Source: Tubulanus polymorphus (taxonomy: Eukaryota; Animalia; Nemertea). Taken from it: a stretch of 64,000 nucleotides of DNA. How positions within the stretch are numbered: position 1 is the first letter of the stretch; each line of letters begins with the position of its first letter. The stretch covers positions 23,988,950 through 24,052,949 of the forward strand of contig NC_134029.1 of the NCBI RefSeq assembly GCF_964204645.1. Reading direction: 5' to 3'. The position numbers and the translations under genes were made by a program. The notes under the pieces are model-generated. The model had not been told where the DNA came from and did no database searches. It was given only the letters and a program-made list of their open reading frames with translations. Below are positions 52,355 through 64,000 of this stretch, in pieces.

Positions 52355-55300
52355 TAACCACAAAACAAGTACGAACTGTTAGCTCGAACTGATAGATTCA
52401 GTTTTGCCGAAATGTCATTCCTCAAGGAAACATTTCGAACTTTCTATTTTTACTTCTATTCATTGCGTGATTTTCTATATGATGTATTATTTATTCTAGT
52501 GAATGCAGCTCCAGATTTACCTATTGGTTTCCGAGCGTTATTAGAAAACGTGCTATTCTTATTCTCCTTTCAGATGTCATTTGTAATAAGCTTAATGTTA
52601 TGATTTCGGATACACGCATCTCGACGCGATGCGCCGCGCGGGATTTGTAAAAATCTCTCTCATCACAAAAACTAGCCCCACGGTGCACTCATCATGTCTG
52701 CAGATAAAGCGACCCACCTGAGAATAACGTTACGGCGATAAAATCACTTTCTACGCGATATTACCGAAAGCGCCGAACGAACCGAGATAACAGGCCGACC
52801 GGGAGACCATCACCCCGCGGAAGACGCACAACCATATTTCTTTTATTCAACCATCAAACCGACTCGACAGAATAACATTCATTTCCAATCGGCGGCTGAT
52901 GAGTGTTTGACACCCGCGCATTCCATGAATACCCCGCGTACGGTAGAATAGTGCGGGATATACGGGCGGCTCCGATAAGGTTATAAACCGCCCTCCTCGA
53001 AACGTCGAAAGGAAATGATAAATATAAAAACGGTTTTATTATTTCTGCATATTTTACGGATTGAATGCGCGGTTATAGTAATGAAAAGACGTGTCGCTGT
53101 TATATGAACCGCTCGTTATACGAGATCTTCACAACATCAATTCACTTATTACGATTTTAATCACCCACGAAATATGCGCCCGTTCAAATCCATAACCAGC
53201 GCGAAACGAGCGCTAAGAGAGAGTATATTGCCATTTTTCTGATACGGCGGTCGGTGTATTTTATGACATGAATTATTCAGACGATTTTTCTTCTATATTC
53301 GACGAATGACAGTCGGAAATATGTCGGTTTGACTCACTGCGGCTAAAAGTCATTATCGCTTCAGATGTTGGCGCTGAACGCCAGCCATCAAATCCACGTC
53401 CATCTTTATTACTTATTACTATTAAAGCGATGTATATTTGCGCATCTTAATCATCTATTCGCTGCTAATGCGACGAAATTGCACTGATATAACTGGTGTC
53501 TCCGTAAACATCTACTCACTCGATTATCACGCTCGAATGCTAGAAAAGGACGAATCATGGTGACGAGGATGACAGTTCCAGATAAATAACAATCGGGTGA
53601 AAAAGTCATTGCATATTCTTCAAAATAAACAAAAATTGTTAACAATTTCATCTTTCCGCGACAAATATCGCCAAATATTTTATGAATTTCACCAACCACC
53701 TTGCAACAACGTTTTTTTTTTAATTGTAGGCAGTGTAAAGGATTGGGCTAATTTTTAACGCCGTAAATATCAAAATCTCAGTCGAGAAGTAAGGGTTAAT
53801 TTCAAAATATCATGAAATGCTTCTGAAATTTCTGAAATATTCCGCGTCGAATGTCAATTTCGAAATACTCATTAAATTACTTTTAAGTTTTCTTTGTGAT
53901 ATGTTAGATCAAAGACTTGCACTCAGACGGAACAGCGCTGTCTTATAGGAATAAACCGATTTTACAGTTAACACAACTTTTGAAATGTGACTTTGATAAT
54001 TGGTTTACATTATACGTGGCGGGCTTTGATGATGATATTTTTCTGTATAATCCACCGACGAACAAGCGGTTCACTATTTCAGAAAGATTTTTCTCTCATT
54101 CAAATCCCCACAAAACAAACCAATAAGCCCCTTGATCATTGCACGAAATCGAAGAAGGAAGAACCCACAAACGGGCTTAATAATAGTCCCAGGTGGCGCC
54201 GTGTTTTACCGCTGCCGGAATCAGTCTTATATGTGCCCTCTTAATAGCATCATCTCTAGTTTAGGAAGGTTATTTCGTGTTTATGGAATTATAAAGCTTT
54301 TCATTCGAATATTACTGATGTTTCGAATCGCCATATTGTATCTGAGATTTGTTTCGCGTCAATAGTTAAAACAGCGCGCGTGCGCTTCGCCAACAATTAA
54401 CGCGCGGAGAGCTCTTACGGTAGCGGCTTTGCCTGAGGGACAGGAGCAAAGTATCTATTCAGGATGTGCCTTTAAAAAGCCCTATCAGATCAAAGAAAGC
54501 TTTTCCATTTATACCTTTTATTTAATTCTAAAGATGCCAGAAACGGCTGTCATCGGGTACCGATGGCGGCAGATATTTCTCTAATTGAATGGCTGTCTTG
54601 ATAATAAAGCTTGTTCTAGCATTTGATCATCAAAAATGATACGAACGACGGTTGAATCGTGTTTGTGTTTCATCGTTTCGCTTTCAGGTTTCATCGCTGA
54701 ACGGTCGGTGCCCGTGTCCGTCTAATGATCACAAGTGCCGAAGAAAAGAGGTCACATTTTCTCCGATCGACGACAACTTCTGACTTGAAAGCTGAATATT
54801 ATCAAAGACTTATTAGGATAGTTGAAAATGGATTGATATCGCTAATAACAAGGGACAAAACACAGTGAAACACAGCAGTTGAAAACGTTTGATGGAGAAT
54901 CATCATTAGCAATCTTTGAAGCGACTTTAGTTCGATTCATCGAGGAGTCGCAGACGAAATGTTTCCTCTCTCATCAAAGCTTATACTTAATCGTAAATTT
55001 ACAAAAATAGAAATGTTATAGATGTCCAAAAATCCTACCCGCCAAAAACATCGACAAGAGAATCCCAGACGAGAGCATTTAAAGGATCCGTTTCATCCGG
55101 TCTCCCCTGCCGGGTATGTATCTGATTTGAAATTCCCTGAAATAGAAAGATTAAAGTCCCTATCACTCAGTTATTTTCCAGAAACTGAGGAGAAAAGTCA
55201 TTAAAAATCAGAAAATCTACGGGAACTTAAAAAGCCACGGGGATTGGCGAACACGTATCTCAATTTTGCCGGCGAAATAGAGGAAAAAAGAAAAAAAAGG

Positions 55301-56459
55301 AATTATGCTTATTTTTCAGTCGTAAAACGAAAGGTACGGAGGTCTCAGGAGAGTTTTGAGTTTGATAATGCTGTATGGCTCGTATAGAATCGTGGACAAC
55401 ATCAATATTTCAAAGGTGTATGCGTAGTTTTCTCTGGCGTTAGAAATAAGATGTTAAAGCGTGCGCAGATAGGCCCGTATGGACGGCAATCAAATAGGCA
55501 TTAACTACATGACTACTCTACCCGTACTCTAGAGGTATTCTAGCGCAGAGTGCTATATTATAACGTCCGTTTATAAATACTCTGCGTCCGTACACGAAAA
55601 AAGTCTCACGCTTAAAATAAAATGATATAGTCTTGAATATATTGCTTGAGCTATAGGAAGTTATTTTTTTACGTTTCGACTTTTTCCTAATAAAATACTG
55701 ACGGAGGAATTTAGAATGTATTTTTAATTCTCGGTTTGGGATCTACTATATTGTCGCCAAAATACGGACTCGGAGTGTTTCATCAATGGTTAATAGAAAT
55801 CTTCATTTTTCATTTTTAAGTAAGTTCAGGGTTATCTATTTTGGGATACACATAAGACTACTTTTACAATCGACTAACTTAATTTTCAGCGAAACGCGAT
55901 CATTGAGACTTGAAACGGTTCGGTATTTCTCGAGAAGAAATAATATCTCGATTTACAGAAACGTCAGTTCGATGCAGGTGTTTATCCTACGTTCAGCTGT
56001 ATCGAAATTACGTTTCGTGTCTCGCTTTTATAGTCGCGCAAAAAGCAATCGAGAAAATCCGTACCGTTGGCGACTAGCTCGAGAATAGACCATTAAAACA
56101 AATACCCCTTCATAAACATCCGGAATCACTCGCATATTGCTCGTCCAGCTTCGTAAATTAATGTTTGAAATATATCTGCTCGACACGCGTGCTGGTAATC
56201 ATCATCGCTTCTCCTATCCATCGCCGTCGCCGTAAATATATGAAATGAAAATTGCAGCAATGTTCTTCCATCTTTATCTGACATCATTATTGTTTTTAAT
56301 ATCAGTGGCTCCACGCACGACAATGTACACGATACATTGTAACGAGCTGGTTGTTTCTTCTTTAAACATTCTGCGGAGAATATGACGAAAATCCACGTGT
56401 CCTTTTTTTTAACGAATTACTATTCGGAACAAGCGAAAAACATTATCTACAACACGACT

Positions 56460-56591
56460 GGACCATTCTACCAGTCGTGGTCCAAAAGTGGTCCTATATC
56501 GTAAGATTGGTTCAAGAGTTGACAAATTAGCCCTTGGACAAGCAAAGGCTTTAACTGGTATTAACTCTAAGCCTAGACTGTGCTACTGATC
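56460..56591. mobile_element. MITE family C, diverged copy
   Basis: Ends with gactgtgctactgatc, the reverse complement of the left end of 18195-18320; shares taagattggt. Confidence 0.5.
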
Positions 56592-59500
56592 ATCAAATTA
56601 GTGAATTTCCAACGTCCATTTATTAGATTTTCCATCTTATTTTCAACTCTAACTATTCTCTGTGATTTCAGGTGTTTGTTCGTGAAGACCTGAGGCGGCG
56701 GCGGTTTTAACATCAGAAACACGTTTTATTCTCGTTGAAGGTAAAGACAGATAAAGTCGATTTCCGTCGCCATCTCCAGTGACCAATGATGATATATTCA
56801 TTATTCCGATAAATCACTGAAAACCTCCATAAAACTGGAAATAGCAAACCATCCCGAGTCGTTTATCCGGAGTAAATCGAGATTAGTTCGTGTGCTAATT
56901 GCGTTGATGAGATCCACGCCAAATGGACATCGACAAATAAAGGAAATAGAATTCCGCCATTGCCTGTTTGTTATCAGACTGACGTGTCTGTCAGTGTTGA
57001 CGAGATGTGACGTTAGTTTGGAATAAAGAAGAAATATCGTTTTGCCACAGTCGAATTAGTAGCACGAACAGGTTTCATATAGTTGTCAGTTGAGTTTGAC
57101 TCCAGGGCGAGTTGTAAAAAGTCCAAGTTGTCTTAAATCGCAAGCTCGGTACTAAAGATCATAAATTAGACAATTGACCAAAAATGCTCGCGTAAAATGG
57201 TAACAATCAATTCATTCTCAATGTTGAAAAAAATCTTAACCAATGTTTCTAGTATCAGGGACTTTTTGATATTTAAGAATATTTTTCTCAACATGGTTGA
57301 TTGCGTTGATCGAATCGCAGTGGGTGTTGCTTTCAAAATAAACTGACTTAAGTCCAATCCAGTTGAAATGTATACAACTTATTCTATTCGTGATACATGT
57401 ATTTAAGTGTTTTTCAAGAAGACATGACGCAAAAACTTCAGCCGTCAAAAACCCTTTGAAAGAACAAAATAGTGCGAACAAACAGAACGGGATCAAACAA
57501 ACTCGTCTAGCGTCGCGTGATAGAAAACTTTTTAATGAGTTTTAATTTTAATTTGAAATTTCTCGCAGAAAGAAAACTAATCCCGGTCGAAAATATCCCG
57601 AAGATGAGAATACTGCGCATTCAACATTTCACATAATAACGCCTTGGGAACGCGTACGGTAAGAAGAAGAAAAACTTCGTCGGATCTCACTTCAACAATT
57701 TTGCAGATCGTTTGTTTTCCACTCAAAGGACGCAATTGCCATGAAATTGTTTTTTATTCCAACCGGCAAACAACAATCACACGAAGCAATGTCCCGCGTT
57801 CATTCGACTGTGCAATTTCTCTAATACGAACCGGCAGTATGTTTGTAATTTCAGAAAACCTACATGCTCCGAGATGTCTGTCTTTTAATGATCTTATTGC
57901 TTATAGCATACTGAGCTCGTGTTGTCTTTGATGCCGAAGAAACAGAGGCAAGATGTGTGAAAACAATATCTGAATCCAATAATTTATTTTTCAACCTTGG
58001 GCAAGAAATTATGAAACATTGTATGCTCTGTTGCGTCTACATTTTGCTTTTTGCTCAGAGCCTGCCTTCCAAGACCACAATTAATTACAAATTTTCCACA
58101 AGATGTAATCGAATGGGTAAACTGTCTTTTCTCGTCAAGCGTTTGGCTGGCAGAAGAAAACAGTCCCCTACAGCAATCATCTCAGCTTTTGCAATTAGTA
58201 GATTTACAATTAAAGCCGAGTTGATATATTGAAACTGTGATCATCGAAGTTGAAAACTTCCATAATTCATCTGTCGGTTCGTCGTCGCCGATCCGCGTTT
58301 TATATCGTCTTTCGTCCTCGTCGGTCTTTCGATATACGTCACGTGTCACTTTCGAATTAAAAAACGCGCAGCATCGACTTTAAGAAAAATTACAAAAACC
58401 TTGAATATACAGAAGATTTTTTGTCAGATATCAGTGAAAAATCTTCACAATTAAACAATTTAGAGGAATATCTCTCAAGTCTCTTCCTCCTCCAATCCTT
58501 CAATCATTTCTTAGCAGCCCGGTTTCAGACTAGAATAGAACATGGAATAGAATATTTTTTATTGCTCACAAAAGTACATTTGCTTAGAGCAAAAGAGACA
58601 ATACAACATGTTATACATACAAGATCAGAAACAAATTCTGTTTTATTTTGGATAGATGGTAGCCTAACGCTGCAGTTCCACCTAATTATATGGAACTATT
58701 TTAGGTGATCATAAACTCAAGAAGAATCAAATACTTTCAAAAAAGCTCTTCGTTGGAATATAAGTCTCGTTTTCTCGTGGAACTAATTGAGAGGTTTCGC
58801 TGAGCTCCACTCGTTCATGTGTTTAGTCAGACACATCTTCCTCCATTGATAATGAAAACAATTTCTTATTCTCTGGCGATAGATTTGATAATTTTTACGT
58901 AAATTCTGACTGATATTGGATCAATGAGTAATGCCAAGACGACACAGCAGTAAATCAGAGCCGATGCCGCGACACACGTTTTCGAATTATACAGAAACCA
59001 TATTGTTCTAGTCACGGGACATTAAACAGCGTAAATGGCATCCAATCTAGCAGGAGATAAGCTATTTAGACATATTTTATTGGCTCGTACAGTTAACATA
59101 CATATTAGACAATTGTCTTAGTCATGTTATGGATCAGTTCAAACGTATTGTACTTCACAAGTTTTTCCATAACTCACAACCTATGGATGTAAGCTGATGA
59201 TGAATTATCGTTCATATTGGATGAATTTATTTTTCGATTTTTATACATTTTGATGGTACGTTTCATTATCGTCAATATACACGAGGGATTATAGAGAAAT
59301 AGACCGAAAGCTTTAAATAACCTTCTCTTCCCAAATTTTTTTGTCCAGCGAGCGCATTAGGTACGATCCAATAAATCTAACATCGGTAGTGCGCCAATAA
59401 AACGAATATTACAGACATTTCATAGAGATTCCATCCTATTGAACAAATATACTCAGAACACAAACCCGTATCAGCTCAGACTGCAACAACAAGAAAGCAA

Positions 59501-60441
59501 TAATATTCCCGGATTAAATTATGACAAGTAAATAGATGATACCGATAAAAGTGTTTATCTAAATGGAATACCCATTTTCCGGGCCGCTTGACGGATGTTT
59601 TCACTGGCATCAGCGGTGACAAGAAAAGAAGTTACCACTAGCGAATTTATGTGCCTGTATTGTGTGGTGAGGTCATTTCAATCTGGCGTTGGATTAGTAT
59701 TTGCGGCGCTGCGTTTCCTAGCATTGACATCCGGTAAGCTGGTTAGATCCATCGAAACGACACATCTTGTAGACGAACCTGAACTTTTCAGTGACAATGG
59801 CGTACTGGTTTTCGTATTGTATCATATTTGAGTGATTAATCGGTTTTATTAAGTTGCTTGGTCACAGTGCGCATAAATCAAAACGCTATTTAGTCGTTTT
59901 GACGAATGCCGTTGCAATCCAGGTGACGTTTGATATTATTAGCTGTCATTTTACCCTCTGAAGCCATCCGATGCCATTTGTATCATACCATAGAAACATA
60001 GTGCAGAAAGAAGCATTTTCTGATGTAACTATCGCGGCCACTAACTGGAAAAAATGAGTCAAATCTGTTTGCGTCCATTGCATCTCGACGAGAGATACGT
60101 ACCATGATATATCGACATAACCTTTGGAAGATGTATTTGTCCTTCTTGGGCATATAACCGAACTACTTTTTTTCGAAATAGATAACCCAATCTATTTCAG
60201 TGACTTGATAACCAAATCTGTTTTTGGCAACTGATAAGTCTCAGCTTTGCCATATCTAACTTATCCGTTTGATGGATAAGTCTGTCCGGTGTCGGATTAG
60301 GCGTGGTGACAAATTTGGATGGGGATCATATGATGGATGGGGCAATACTGGCGGAAACAATCGCTAACACTGATAACTACAGATGTATGTATATATATAT
60401 ATATATCCTTAGAACAGAAGTTGTTGCTTAAATTGTCAGAG

Positions 60442-60602
<161 letters not shown>

Positions 60603-61301
60603 CACGTATGTTCATCAGTGAAAATATTCTCATATCTAGAACATTTATGAAATAATCAAACATAATTGTTATGAATATGACCAGTGGTTTTGAAGATAAA
60701 GACACGTTATGTTTGACCGAATCTCGACGATTTCGGGTTTTCTTTCCAAATAATTATTAGTTCATGCGTCTTGATCGCTATGTCTCGAGGTGTCGGTGAT
60801 GTACGCGTAGTGTCTGCGAGTGTCTCACCTTTAGCCTGAAAACAGAAGAAACATTACGAATCCCTGTAGACCGCGGAATTGTGCGAAATGTAAAAATCTT
60901 CGCCACTCTCCAATAATCAATCGTATTCACTTCGAAACCGCATTAGGCAAAATGGAAAACTGTCCAATTTTGAAATTGTCATAAATCATTTTCGGTATTT
61001 TGCGGATACATGGTTATGTGGTCGACGCAGTTCAGCAATCCCCTTGCCATTTGCAAAGCAATATCATCATATTAGTTATGCGGTATTGTATTCCAAGGAA
61101 GACGTAAAAGTTGTTAATCATTCCCATATAAAGTCCACGGATGATATCAGGATATCACCGATTGCTAAATTGCATTTTATATGAATCACCCGGCGGCGCG
61201 AGGAAAGAAAGAACTATTATTGAATAGATATGCGCCAGGATTTATAAAGCAATAATGTAAGATCACTGGTCAGAAATTATTGAACTGTAAGGATGGGATT
61301 T

Positions 61302-61520
61302 GCCGCCGCTGCTGGTGCTGCTGCTGGTGCTGGTGCTGGTGCTGGTGCTGGTGCTGGTGCTGGTGCTGGTGCTGGTGCTGGTGCTGGTGCTGGTGCTGGT
61401 GCTGGTGCTGGTGCTGCTGCTGGTGCTGCTGCTGGTGCTGGTGCTGGTGCTGCTGCTGGTGCTGCTGCTAGTGCTGCTGCTGGTGCTGCTGCTGGTGCTG
61501 CTGCTGCTGCTGCCGCTGCT
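61302..61520. repeat. (GCTGGT)n/(GCT)n compound repeat
   Basis: Directly visible; its reverse complement is a CAG/CAC repeat of the same class as 33598-33723. Confidence 0.97.
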
Positions 61521-64000
61521 TAATGATAAAGGAAATGCATCTGTACTCCTCGACGTCATGCAATTCTTTCACTAATTCTATTAAACTCAGAACATTTAAG
61601 TTGAAGATATTTGAATTGTAAGGGAGCGAAATCTTCTTTAGTTTCAAATATCTAAATTTCAGTTACGACAGAAAAATGCACGGATGCATCTCGTGATAAT
61701 CTCCGCCATTAAAAATATCAAACCCGCTTATTTGATGACTACTAGATAACGTGTTTTACTGGTGAGGTCTCTACCCCTGACATAAATTATTATTAAGATT
61801 CACATTAAATACAGAAAATGACATCTGACATTTGAAAATTACCGATTTCAATAATCTTAAAATATTAGTCCCTCGCCGCCACTGACATTCGGGGATTCGA
61901 CGTGCAATGGCTCAGAGCTCTTGAAATCATTTCTTATTATCTTACGAAAACTATAAAGGCAGATTTTCACGACTGTTACCTCCCGTTCACACGAACATTA
62001 ATCTGCCATTAATTACGTTGCATTTCCACAAAATAGAAATTGTAATCGTATCTCCATCTCGAAATGGCTTCCATCAACGGCGTGGTGGCTGAGCCACTCT
62101 CATTCAGATCAAAACAAATCACTGCAATAGAATTTATATAACGTTATATTCATTTATTTCTTTGTGAATTGTAATATTTCCTTTACTTATCTAAAGAATT
62201 ACAATCAAAATTAGAAAATAATCAAATTACAATGCAGAAAAACCATTAAAAAGATTGCTGTAGGTAGTAAGTACAAAATGTTCGGTCGTGTAATCAGTCG
62301 TATTTGATAAACCTGAACTGGAGGCATGAACGAAGGCTTTCTTTATGATGGTAATGTGAGTTAAGGTGTTGTTAATTACACTGATCCACGAGTTGAATGA
62401 ACTTAATTGATACAGGTATTCAGATTATAACAATTTCTTTTCAGAATTCTGGTGTCGGCCATTTTTTCTACCATATCGGATCTCAAAAACTAATAACCCT
62501 TGACAGTCGAGCAGTCGAGTCGGCTGAATCTCAACTTACTCTCTTCTATCGTATTTCAAATTACTGAAAATATTCCACGCATGAAAACACGTGACTACAC
62601 TTTAACGGCTTCGATGTTTTAAAAATGAAACTCGCATAAAGAACTCTTTATGATAATTGCTCGTAAAGTGTAGGAAGCCGTTTAAATATTCAAAATAGAC
62701 AGAACGGTTACTTAGAAATAACGGATTGTAATATGCAAGAAAGGATTTAGTAATTGGAAAATGCCTTGACATTTTCCTAATTATAGTCTTTGTTCTAAAT
62801 ATCGGACACAGAACTAAGAGGTGAAGGCATACAATAATAGCCTGTAGGCCTGTATGCCTTGTATATACGACAAGGTGAGCCGTGGTCCTAATCTGTTGAG
62901 TTTATCAAGCAAAAACGCGAAGCATCTGTCAATTCTATTTGCCGAAAATACATTGCTTTGATGCTCGATGAGAAATGAGTGTAAAAAGTCTGGCGGAATT
63001 AATCTCCTGGTATACACACAACATCTCGCGCTCTTTATCTTAATTCAGTAAATGCAATGCGTTACATTTACGGAGCTTCCAATTACGTCAAACACGAGAG
63101 AACATTTACCAAGAAACGAAATTAATTACGAGAAATGTGGTGGTTTAATTCTTTGTAATCGGAGAAGCCAAGCCGGTTGTTACTGTATCAAAGAGTCCGC
63201 CGTCACTGGAGGAAGGAAAATCAGTGATACAACGGATGAATGTTACTTGTTTAATTATCACGAGTGATCTTTAGAATTATTGTTTTTACGGTTTTCTGAA
63301 ATCGGTTGATAAGTTCACGCGTCTCGGCTTCGCGATCATGTCACGACACCCGCCATTGGATCCGGCTCTAGACTCTCATAACTGGCCCGCACTGAGTGAC
63401 GTCTGAACGCCGGACACCCGGACGCCATTTCCGAGCATCTTCTGTGACTTGACCGCCATCGCAATGGACGCTGTGGCGTTACGATTAAGAATTACAGCAC
63501 CATTCTCGAGTTCCGTGTCAGATCAACGAACCAAATATGAATGAGCTGAACTTAATACAATGCCACATTTTACAGATTAAGATGTTTCAGTTCACGCGAA
63601 GTGAACCTATATCAAACGAAATGACGACTTTACAGACCGCCGCAAACCAGAATTCAGCGACTACACCTCGTGCCGTCTGCTGATCTCGCTACCTCCGTCT
63701 GCGAGGAGAACTCATAGCATCAATTATAGATAGCCAGGAAAGCGTGCGTTTAATTGCTTTCAAGAATTATATTTCTTAGAGAAAGTGCACCTAAATGGGG
63801 GTCGCATTATCTGAAGTCCCTAAAAGCAATTTTGCGAGGGGAAAGCCGTACGTGAGCCCCCGGCTGAAGAATTCATTTGCATGCCTGTTATTTTATCTAT
63901 TTCCATTTGCAAGTAATTGAATTAGAAACCGACGTGCTGGGGAGCCCGATCCGCGATACAGTCGACTTCATTAAATAAAACAGAATAGCGCAATCTTAAA

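Noticed and set aside
63300-63720. GC-richer patch near the window end as a coding exon
   Set aside because: The frames I checked on both strands close within about 30 codons and show no recognisable protein similarity.

Overview
AT-rich eukaryotic (bilaterian invertebrate, probably spiralian; inferred from sequence style, not proven) genomic window. It holds one recognisable protein-coding gene: a dachshund (dac/DACH, Ski/Sno/Dac family) orthologue on the + strand. I reconstructed nine coding exons by hand from 12045 to 36977. All introns are GT-AG and the phases are mutually consistent, giving about 560 aa, or up to 572 aa with an upstream exon-4 acceptor. Both conserved domains are present: DD1/DachBox-N in exons 1-2 and the DD2/DachBox-C coiled coil in exons 6-8. 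Intron 1 is 17.1 kb, and the gene is flanked by about 12 kb upstream and 26 kb downstream with no recognisable coding sequence, as expected for a developmental regulator. The rest of the window contains several short PIF/Harbinger-like MITE families, two tRNA-derived fragments, a 1.1-kb G-rich compound satellite and many microsatellites, which account for the long low-complexity ORFs in the ORF track. I found no convincing new multi-gene system. The leads most worth testing are three in-frame tandem acceptors at exon 4, a PxDLS motif in exon 5, a possible 3'UTR intron near the NMD distance threshold, uORFs at the start codon, two repeat-derived micro-ORFs with promoter-like context, and a possible antisense microexon.
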